From positions 66,216,001 through 66,280,000 of the forward strand of contig CM060732.1 in assembly GCA_030704615.1 (NCBI GenBank): DNA of 64,000 nt. The letters are read 5' to 3'. Below, piece after piece: positions 1-10,496 of the stretch (within the stretch, counting starts at the first letter, position 1; each line of letters opens with the position of its first letter). The notes below the pieces were generated by a model, which made no database searches, was not told where the DNA came from, and saw only the letters and a list, made by a program, of their open reading frames with translations. The position numbers and the translations under genes are program-made. The DNA comes from Takakia lepidozioides. Lineage: Eukaryota; Plantae; Bryophyta.

Positions 1-636
1 ACATATCCAATAGTAGATGCAGAATTATGACTCAAATTATTATTACTGGCTGAGGCTACGGCAATGGAAGTTGGCAGATTGGCATGTGATGCTACCGTGC
101 CCATGGGGAGAGCAGGTGACACCATATTTGGCTGAGCAACAGGGTGGGCTGACTGCAAGTGGGGTTGCGGCATTCCACTCATGGGAAGAGTGGATGCCAC
201 TCCCACCGGCTGTATTGACATTAATCCTATACTGCTTGCTAGCAGGAACATTGCCATACCATGGGAGAAGGCTTTGATAGATTTCTTTAGATGTTTGAGG
301 TCATTGCTAGTGTAAATGGAGTGCTTGAGAATTTCAAGATGGCTATCTTTAGGATGAAGGGACTAAATTGTTGTATGCAGCTGTCATGGATGATCCCAGC
401 CTCAACTCTTGTGGATTGGGCAAAGACATTGTTCGAACCTCCTGAGAGGCCTCTAGACTGCTTTACCAAGCTATCTGCCAAGACTTACCAACCTGGGGAT
501 CATCCTTGTGGAAATATTACATGGATCTCAAATTTGCTGATGTTGAGAATATCATATACCCAGCAGAGAGAGATCGTATGGTTAAGAGGTATTTTCTCCT
601 TGGGCTACCTTCTACTATTCAGAGTTGGGCTCAGCG
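1..636 (+). pseudogene. 5' part of gag of a decayed Ty3/Gypsy element (continues at 18991 after the DNA-transposon insertion)
   Basis: Frame ...MVKRYFLLGLPSTIQSWAQR (578-637) resembles the gag F-x-x-GL helix. Removing 637-18990 gives a continuous frame (…SWAQR-RHFVNDKTMLVEVNLKMTDLADSKSMQYHAKL), followed downstream by a CCHC knuckle and protease. Confidence 0.65.
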
Positions 637-666
637 AACCCTATTTTAACTAATTCTGGACTTTTG
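637..666 (+). repeat. Left terminal inverted repeat
   Basis: 27/30 identical to the reverse complement of 18957-18986. Confidence 0.85.
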
Positions 667-2099
667 GCTTAAATCCGGACCAAAGTTAATATATATTTTA
701 ATTCAAATTAATTCAAATGTTAACAATATCTTGGATAGTAATGTGTGATTGAACTTTGTGAAATTACAAGTGATGTCATACTTGCTTCAAAATATAACAC
801 ATTGTAGATGAATAGAACTGAACGAATGCTTGCTATGGCATATAGACCATCCACCCACACATTAGTAGGGAGGACAAGAGAGCGCCAAAGCCAAGCACCC
901 CTGAAAACAGTTTTGGGCCTTCCAAAATTCCTTCAATCAACCCTTTTGCTGCCACTTAAGATATGTAAAAACAGAAAAACCCAGATTGCCTTTAAACCAA
1001 CTTTTGCTAAAAGTTACAATGGATACAAGAACTCACCCCAAATTTTGGACCAAGGAGGGTTAACCGTGAAGACTCATAATGATACGAGCAAAGAGAGAAG
1101 TGTGGTAACACTTTATTTGGGACTTGCGGCGAGGGCATCCCTCCTACGCAAGGACGCTTACGACACTGACTGGACCGCAATTGGAAAATGGTCACCTCGC
1201 CTCATGGATCATTTACTATGTTGTTCCATTTGCTACTTTCTTGTTTGAAAGTACCTATCGCTTAGTTGCACTTTCGACTTTCCTAAAGGACCCTTGGGAT
1301 ACTCCTGGAGTACCACTTATTGACATAGAGGCTTGTGCACCTGAGAAAGGAAATCATCAAAACAAGGACAAAAGAGTACTTCGCTTGCTGTAAAATTCTG
1401 GCCATTGAGAAACATCCAATTTTGAGAGGGAGAGAATGAGTACCACAGACTGGAAACAAGTTCAGGGAAGTTTTCTGCCTAACTTCATTGTCATCAGACA
1501 ATTTCCTGGCAATAGACATGCTTTGGACACTATAGCCTCTAAGTCATATTTATCCAGTAGGGTCAAGACTTTGTGGAATTCGATTCAGATCCTTGAAAAT
1601 CTCTTCTACCCTCTTCCGCTAGGATTTGCCTGTTTGACAGGGCGATCCTGCTTCCAAGATATAGAGTCGATTAACTTAGGATATCTGATATTACTCATAC
1701 GTTGCAGCTGACCCCACCATCAAACCTTGAATTCATCTTGTCGGGAGCTTAAGGGAGGAATGCCAAACCCACCCCAAACAGCCACATTAGCTGTTTTGGA
1801 GATAAGATGTCCATTTGACATTGAAGTGCTTGTGAAGTTGCAGTGTAACTGAACAATTCATTGAACGTCCACTGGGAAGTCGAATGATGTAATATTACAT
1901 GATTATGTAATCACGATAAACAAATGTGCCGAATCGAACATGGGATAGACTCATAGTACTCTACCATACTTGATATAAGTTGATAGTAATTTTGATTGAA
2001 TCTTCATGTTGACAAGCACAATATTCATAGACAATGCCATTGGAATGATGTTTTGGGTGTGAGAAGGGCAGTAAAATATTAAAATAGCTTGAAACATTA

Positions 2100-3070
2100 G
2101 GAAGATGACCTATTAGGGTAGTAAAATAAGGTTTGGGGTGTAACTAGATATATTAAGTGCAATAAGGTCCAAGTTTGTGGTGACTCGGAGAAGGGTTTAG
2201 GGTTTTAAAGGGTTTAAGATAAAAAGAAAGAAACAAATATGGACGACTCCGAACCTCTGTAGAATGTAAAAATGTAAGAGGAATTTGATATCCATGTAAT
2301 CATTCTATCATACGTTATCCAACAAAATTAAAGAAAACATTAAGAGAATGATACAAAATTTTACAAGATGTAAATGGTAGTACAATAAGGTTTGGAGTTT
2401 AAGTAGGGTACTACACTAAGGTTTTTGGTATATGGTAAAAGTAATGGTTTAGGGTGCTAAGGGTCAAGTTTAAGCTTGGGGTAAGGATTATTAAGGGAAG
2501 AGTAAGGGTTTAGGGTTTGGATTTAGGGTAGAAAGGGACAAACAAATATGGAAGACTCACACATGGTAGTACAATAACTTGGTTTGGTCCAGTGTAAGTA
2601 GGGTAGTACACTAACCTGGTTTTTGGTATATGGTAAGAGTACTAATGGTTTAGGGTAGTAAGTGTCAGGCTTAAGCTTAGGGTAAGGATTTAGGGTTTGG
2701 ATTTAGGGTAGTTCAAAAGAACAAACAAATATAGAAGACTCGCACATGGTAGTAGTACAATAACTTGGTTTGGAGTGTAAGTAGGGTAATACACTAACCT
2801 AGTTTTTGGTATATGGTAAGAGTAATGGTTTAAGGTAGTAAGTGTCAGGTTTAATCTTAGGGTAAGGATTAAGGCCATGGTAAGGGTTTAGGGTTTGGAT
2901 TTGTGGTAGTACACAAAGGTTTTTGGTATATGGTAAGAGTAATGGCTTAGGGTACTAAGTGTCCGGCTTAAGCCTATGGAAGGCTTAAGGGAAGGGTAAA
3001 ACGAAGGGTAAGGATTTAGAGGTGATGGTAAAGGTATAAATGGACAAACAAATATGGAAGACTCACAATC
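2100..3070. repeat. Degenerate subterminal tandem repeats (~180-320 bp units) rich in TTTAGGG-like words
   Basis: ACAAATATRGAMGACTC recurs at ~2233, ~2542, ~2725 and ~3048. GTTTTTGGTATATGGTAA and TTTAGGGTTTGGATTT blocks also recur. Confidence 0.75.
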
Positions 3071-3399
3071 ACTAGAACGAGACATTGGAAAAAAAAACAT
3101 TTAGACCGGATTGGAAAAGAAAGAAACCAGGGGTTGTGCCAGCATTTTTATTTATTTTTGGTGCACTGTCTGTTTTGTAAGCCAGAATCCCCCGTGTCAC
3201 GAATATATGTAGATTAACAGAATGTATAGACTGCTGCAGTGCAGAGTCCAACACGACAAAAAGAAAATAGATGAACGTCCACTGCCCACTCAAGGTTCAG
3301 TGCAACAGAAAAAGAAGACAGGAAGGATTACCCAACACAAACACGAAGGGAAAAAAACGTAAAGAATTTTTTTTATCTTAAAACGAAAGACCGGAAATG

Positions 3400-5560
3400 A
3401 CCTCAACATTTAGTCCATGGATGGAAAGTGGTTCGCAAGAAGGAAACCTTCAAGTATCTGGCTGATGATTAGCCACCTCCAAATTCGCGCGCACCTTCAC
3501 TGCTTCCACCACTGTAATTCTCTTGGTGCTATTTTTTGTCGTATTTTTTCATGGTGGCATTGTCCACACGACATTGTTCACGTGGATCCATTGAGCAGGA
3601 TCTGATGGGTTGTACTCCCAAACTTTTGACCAACAATCCCTGTACCTCTCAAAGTTTGAGGGGTTACCTCCTTTCTTCGGTCTCCACCACTCCACCTTCA
3701 CTTTCTTAAAATTAGGATCTTCTCTTTATCGGATGACATCTGAAAATTGCCATTCCCATCCAGACCAGGCACGTCGTTGGATCATGAGGGTGAACGAGCA
3801 CAAAAAACCCTTTCTCAATATCCTTGAACGGATTCAAGGGTATCATTGGACGCTCGCACCTAGGGCCACAATAGGTTCTGGAACTTCATCCTCATCTTCC
3901 ATATCTTCCAGTATTTGTGGCTGGATGCCATCCCTCTGATAGTTTGAGGACCAATTTATTTTCGGCCAAAATCCCTCAAGAAGCTGAATACGATGTGGAA
4001 TGTCCTGCATTGGCTTATCAAGATCGGCGAGAATATTTCCCCAGTATTGGTCATATTGTTCCATCACACCCCGGTAATGATCGTCAAGCAACATTCATTT
4101 GGTCCAAAAATCTCTATATTTGTTAATACCATTTTTTATGAATGACTGTTTTTCTGAGGAGTCGTCCCCGACTCCCCATATCGGTCTTCTTGGAACGGCA
4201 CCTGGGTCTCCTTCAGGGAGTTTGGAGTCTTATCAGGGTTGGACATCCACATCTTAACGTTAGAGTTTGTAGGAAGCCACTCCGAATCAGTAGCTGACTT
4301 CTTATACTTCATAACCGGCCAGCCATCCGCATCCTTAAAAAACCGAAAGACGTGCATCTCTGAGATCCCGACCAAAGCCTCATTTCCATCATTTCCATCA
4401 TGAATACAACCCTTAACAAACTTCTTGAAGTCAAGAACCTCCTGAATGATTTGAGGAATGAATTGCATATCTTGGGAGATCATGAATGACCTCATCAAAT
4501 CCGGAAGAATGTAGGTGATGCGTTTCTTTAGCTTCTTCGAGAGATAGCTAAAGAATCCGTCAATAGCCTCATGGGTGTGCCCGACCATGAGAAAACCAAG
4601 CTGGATCTCTTCGAAGACATCTTTGGCAGTGAGGAGGGATATGAAAGCAAACATCCATCTGTTCTTATTGTCCTTGGAGGATTTGTCCATCTGCAAATAA
4701 AGTCGTCTAGGAAGTGATCGAACACCACGTTTATCGTGCGGCCTGCAGGGTTTCAGAGCCTCCAAACATCTCGATTTACCTCTCATGAGCGTTTCAAAAA
4801 AATCATTTTGAACTTCAGTGTTGAAAATGTTTCTGGATTTCCGGCATGTCGGCTTTTCCAGTTGGCGCATGCACCGAGCCAGCGACCCAATTGTGAAGTT
4901 AATCAAAATACTGGCAGCACTAAAGCTTACAACAAGGTTTGCTGCTCACCGACCTCACTTCATCCAAAGTAAGATTTTTCTTGCACTTTTTTGAGTCCTC
5001 CATATTGGATGGTTTCTTCTTCCTAGTAAAATGCTTGTATGTTGCTTTCTTTACGCTTGCACCATGGTCGTCATTCTCCATGTCACTGCATGATCGTAGG
5101 AAATTTTCGAGATCAACGGAGAGTATCCGGCCATTTTCAAGAAGTCTTGTTTTTGTTAACGGCCATTTCACAATGAACATCAGTGAACCGGATTCTCCAG
5201 AGATTGTTCTGGTGACCAGAACCCAACATCGTCCTCTCCGAATTTGTCATTCAGAATTATCTCGTTAGGAATGCATGCCTGAATTTAGCCTTCGAACAGG
5301 GCATTTCCGTCCTCCCCAAGAAGAAGACACTGCAAGTTTCTCAAACAATCTCTCCCCAGACCTACAGCCAGATCCCCTCAGTCTCTCCGTTGGACGGAAT
5401 TTCATTGCTTTCAGTGCTTTGTCCTTGGTAATCACTATCTTCTGTGATGGAATGACATCCTGGGTTTCTTTGGGATGTTGAATCCACAGTTTCATGCATG
5501 CGAACACAGGACACGTCCCATACAACTGGAGTCCCAATCGCCTCCTTCAATGTGTCAACA
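3400..5560 (-). pseudogene. Sola-like (GHTH-x-x-ID type) DDD transposase, frameshifted and internally deleted
   Basis: ORF 4136-4906 has LYLQMDKSSKDNKNRWMFAF…FLMVGHTHEAIDGFFS (family consensus LxLQxDNCxxxNKN…FLxVGHTHEDID). N-terminal fragments lie at 4920-5540 and C-terminal fragments at 3400-4094 (…KVKVEWWRP…). Confidence 0.75.
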
Positions 5561-8500
5561 TCCATGTGTCGATAAGGCAGAGGACAGGAGCCGAATGCGT
5601 CATCACAAAAGATCAGGGAACTGAAATGGTGGATGAACACAAGTGGTGTCCGTGGCAAGTTCCTTCTCCAGAAACATTAAGGCAATCTCCTGAGGCAACC
5701 ACTGAAGGAGATCTAGGAAGCGACAGAAACACCCTTTGGCCTACTTGGAACCCCATGAAGTTAGTAACCTCCACTGGGCAGTAAAGGTTCAGTAAAATCC
5801 TATTACACGACGGAAGATTAACTGAAGGAAAGAACGTCGTGCCATCGAAAGGAGAAACTTTAAGTATAACTTTTTCGACGGTTTTGAATGAGAAAAACAA
5901 TATGGTTTGAAAAAGTAAAGTCAATGTTTGGATATACACTGGGACTGATGAAAAACAATTGGAATTAAAGTGGAGTATGAGGGCGGAGTATAGACTACAT
6001 CTATCTGAACTGTCAAATGAAGTCACAAATGCCAACCTCCACTGGACAGTGGAGGTTGGATGATATCTGTTGATGAAATCAACCACATGGATGAACAATG
6101 GATAATGAAGAAGCCATCTGTAGATGAAAAATTGATTCTGTGGATGGATGAATATTAATGTGGCGACTGCCCAGTGGAGGTTTGGGAGTAACTTTAGATA
6201 AACAAAAGCAAGTTGAGCTGGTGCACATGAAGAATACACAAAAAAATGAGTATCATATTACCCTACGTGAGAAATGTGCAGTTGACACCTGAGACTAAGG
6301 AAGCAGGGAAAGACTCAGAGGCTGCTTCAGAAGTACCCTATGGGCAGAGTGGTGCAGGACAGGCAAAGAGGTACACGTTGTCCAGAGAGATGCAGGATGT
6401 CCAGAGAGGTGCGTGAGAGAAAAGAAGCAAGTGAGAGGTTCACAGTGGGAAGTTGACGTTGTGTGGAGTCGGACGTTATATAGAGGTGACAAGTAACTTT
6501 CATATTTGAATCGCTCCAATGGCAGTGTGGTATGCTTTCTCTCCCGGATCGATTGTGGCCACCGTGGATTAAGGCAGAGTCAAACGGCTTATTTCAACTC
6601 GCGAAATCACGGCTTGACAGTGTGCACAATTTTCCATTTATTGACAGCAGCCATTGTCACATTAATAATTATGGAACAAACGATAACGGCCGCGATCGGA
6701 CTAAAATATATTGTACTTGTACGTTAGTAGGACTACATGTCTGGCATTATTATCGTGCGGCTCTGACAGCAAACTCTGGAATAAGCGTGAAGGATGTCGA
6801 TTCTGACAAGTGGCCTGGAGAAATAGTCAGGCGGCTAATCGCCACAACTAATTCTGGACCGCACATTAACAATCCGGAGGTGAACCATAAAGCACTTTGA
6901 GATTGTTCTGTTTATATTTATCTTGCTCTTACAGTGAATAAAACACTTGGGCAGGGCGGGGCATTACATGCCGGAACATTGCATTGGATAGCGAGGGCGG
7001 TGCATTACAGGTGTGTGGAATGCTCTGCCTTGCCTTGCTTGCTTGCACATGTTTAATGTAGGGATGAACCCCTCGTGTCGGGTATCCCTCGATAAATGGG
7101 TAGTCCCTATGGTGGCTCTGGACCTTAAAACGAGGAATGTCCGACACGAGGGGCCATCTACTATCCTTAAAGCCGTATCACATGGCACTTGCGGGTATTT
7201 TCAAGGAATATTGACGCCTGGCGGCTAACAGCCGAAAGTGATTGTGGATGGCTCATAATGAGACAATGATTATAGAGTGTGACGAATCTGTAGGTACAGC
7301 GCTGTGTCCTCTGGCAGGTTGAGTTCGAAACGACTACCTAGGCGTGTCACGTGGGTGGTCACATGGGCGTTTGGGGCGTGGGTTAAGGTTTGGCGGCTTT
7401 GAATCTATTTTAAGATTTTTGTAAGCGTGAGGGTTGCAGAGTCTGACCAATGGCGTCATTACAGTCATTTTGTCCTTTTTTCATTCGTCTGTCCAGTCGT
7501 CTTTCCAAACGTGTGTGCATTCGTCATTCAATTTGGAACAAAAGTTGAACTAATATCATCTGTGTGGATGGACAATATTAATGTTAGTTTGCGTGGATGG
7601 GGCAGAACATCCATGTGGGCCGCGCGACCGTTCGATTTCGGACGGAGGCGATGGTTCAGATCATTCTTGAAGGTCGCTTATAAGGGGTGCGTTCTTTGAG
7701 CCCGACTTTTGGGCTTCCTATTTTATACGCGTAAGCGCTGCGCGAGTGAGAGCTTGACTGTTGAGAGAGGAGAGCGTGAAAGGAAAAAGTTTTGGAGCGC
7801 GTTTTGTAGCGACTGTACACTAGAGCGTGGAGAGAAATAGAGCAGATTTGGCCGAGTGCAGAGAGATCAAGCAGAGGGTGAAAGGTGAGAGAGTGAAATA
7901 GGTGAAATTTGAAGAGCGGGGAGGAGAGACATGACAATGGCGAGTGGAGATTGACGAGTGCAGACTCGGCGAGAGCATAGTGCAATTACCGGCAGGCGAA
8001 GGTGCGGAAGAGAGTATCAAACGAAGGACTATGGTTGCAGGGGCCACTAAAATGGCCGGCACAAGCAGGTACAGCATTGAAAACTCCCTCTTTTCGTCTA
8101 ATGTTTCATGTTTTGTGTTGGCCTGTTCTCAATTCGTATGGCCTGCTCTCGATTCATGTGGCCTGTTCTCGATTCAATTCATTTGGATCCTGCTTCATTC
8201 TATGTTGCACTGCACTGTCTTCAGTGCACTCTCATCTCTACTTCAGAGCTTCAGCCCGTGCTTCGGTGCACATTAGGTTTATGTTTCATTGTCTGCTTCG
8301 TTGTTTGCTCCATTCCTGCTTCATTCTCTGTCAATTCATTTCACTCCTGCTCCATTCTGTGCTTCAGTGCACTCCTGCTTCATTGCTTCACTGTTGTTGT
8401 TCAATTCACCGATGGTTTGTAGGGTGGTTTTGTGTGCAATAGGGTTTGTGTTGTGCTTGTTCTGGTCGATTAGGGTAATGGTTTAGGGTGGCGGGAGATT

Positions 8501-9697
8501 ACCGTGCTGGTTGTATTGCTTGTTTTGTTCAATGTGGTGGTTTTTTTAGGACACTGGTTTCGGAAATGTCCGGATGTTTATTTCTCAACCGTTTTCTTGA
8601 TCCCCAAATCCAGCATTAGTTTGATCTTGTCAATAGTTGATGCATTTCTTCCCATTCAAATTCAATTCTGAATGGCAATTTTTATTTCTTATCCAATTTT
8701 GTCGAATTTTGCAATTATGAAAAACCACGATAGCCTAGTCTAATTGTATTCTACACTAGATATAGGCTAATAGTAGGCTTCGTGCAGGCCAGAGTAGACT
8801 ATTCGTAGACCAATGTCATGCACATGAGGAAACAAAAACTGGAACCTCCACTGCCCAGTGGAGGTTCGCGTGAATTCTGTATGGGGAAGCTGAAAGACAT
8901 TTTTTAATGTTAGGACGAAATCAGATAATTCCGGGAAAAATGAAAATCAGTGTGAGACGATGTGGGAACGAGTGATGGAATCATATGTGTAACATTGTAA
9001 GTGTGACACATACTTTCCAACGAGACTGAAATACGATAATTGGGAACCTCCACTACCCAGTGGAGGTTCGATATATCTTTGGGTCAGCCAGTTACACACT
9101 CTGATTAGTTTTCATGTCAGTATGAGAAAGAGGAGCGAGGGTGGGGAACCGGTGTCTAACAATGAATACAAGACCGTCAGCTTAAATTGGAGCAAGAGAT
9201 GGTGTTTGGTAGACGTGATGGAAGCGGACCATCCAGATCAAAAACATGGAAACATTCCTTGCGAATTTTGGCTATGACATCATTGAGGGATCGCCGCAAG
9301 ATACTAATCGAGCCAATTGTGATACTCCCACTAGTTTATAAGGGAAGGCAGAATTCATTCAATTCTTGTTTTTCGAGACTGTTCTCTCATTTTATAAGGT
9401 GTTTCAAGTGCAGATGGCATCAGTTGTGGTTTAATCGTGGTCTTTGGGACAAATGTGCACATCACTTAGCCCACAGGTGCCGAGACGGCCTTCAAGATCT
9501 TCGACCAGGGCTAAAGCAGTCTATGCTGGGCCTTGCAAGCTATGGCCACCGCCGGGACATGGAAGAATTACATTAGAGTCTAAGGTCTATGTAGCCTGCA
9601 TCTCCTTTACAAATCTCAGCCGTCCTATTAAGATTGTGATGGTGACATTTCGGAACCAGATGAAAAATCCAGTTGGGGGTCTACCGAGCTGAACAAC

Positions 9698-10171
9698 GTG
9701 TCTAGGATTGACGAAAATGTGACTGTAGAATCCTCGCGAAACGTATCTGAATCTCCCAACAATACACCTCAAGACATCTCCAAGGATACCCTGGCAGAAA
9801 TAAGAGAAAGCGTTTATGTAAACAATGATGTCAACGGATCTCCTGCCTACTCCCAAGATTATCCAAGATACACCCCTCCAGACTATTCCCCGGACACATT
9901 GGCGGCGATACGAGAGACCGTTTTTGGATATCCCGCATCTCCTGGTTACTCGCCAGCATCTCCTGAATCCACAACAGGATCTGCAGGATATTACCCTCCA
10001 AACTTCTCCCTGGACACTACAATGAGACAGGGAGTCCTGGAACTCCTGGACGTCTCCGGATCTCCAGGATACTCCCCTGCGTCATCTAATAGTATCACCG
10101 GATCCCCAAAATATACCCCTCTAGACTATTCGCATGATACATTCAGAGAGATCAGAATGAGCATTTTGTAG
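9698..10171 (+). CDS. Transposon cargo exon with four imperfect ~33-41-aa repeats (YTPxDYSxDT…SPGYSPAS)
   Basis: 157-aa open frame with internal repeats, including SPGYSPASP and SPGYSPASS. Same frame as the decayed upstream exon starting at ~9399. Confidence 0.5.
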   Translation: MSRIDENVTVESSRNVSESPNNTPQDISKDTLAEIRESVYVNNDVNGSPAYSQDYPRYTPPDYSPDTLAAIRETVFGYPASPGYSPASPESTTGSAGYYPPNFSLDTTMRQGVLELLDVSGSPGYSPASSNSITGSPKYTPLDYSHDTFREIRMSIL

Positions 10172-10496
10172 TTCTTGGGTATATAATCTAGAATCGTCTG
10201 GATATAGTGCGAGAAGTCCCTGAGTATTTTTTGGACGAATTAGGTTCGAAGATTTCTATTGTAGATTTGTCTTGTTTCAGGATGATGTACTCAATGGCTC
10301 CTGAGCCTCATTTTCATTAAAGTTTTTTTCTACAACATCTGTAAAATATGATGGATTTCCCATTTCATGTAGAAAGCCTCGTACATACGAACCTCCACTG
10401 TCCAGTGGAGGTTCTTATATCTAGAATGATGGATGCTAGTAAGAGATGCTAGTAAGTTATTTGATTATCTAATGAATTTGTGTTTGGTTGTAACAG

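Noticed and set aside
632-637. 6-bp TSD (CAGCGA/TAGCGA), implying a Polinton-like element
   Set aside because: It requires a mismatch. The 4-bp AGCG reading is exact and gives symmetric AAC…GTT ends. No pPolB or capsid genes are present.
2100-3070. True or interstitial telomere
   Set aside because: TTTAGGG words are scattered within longer units, not arranged as tandem heptamers.
7950-8490. Cys/Leu/Phe-rich ORFs as proteins
   Set aside because: Low-complexity TGCTTCATT-type repeats typical of a 5'UTR intron; no motif.
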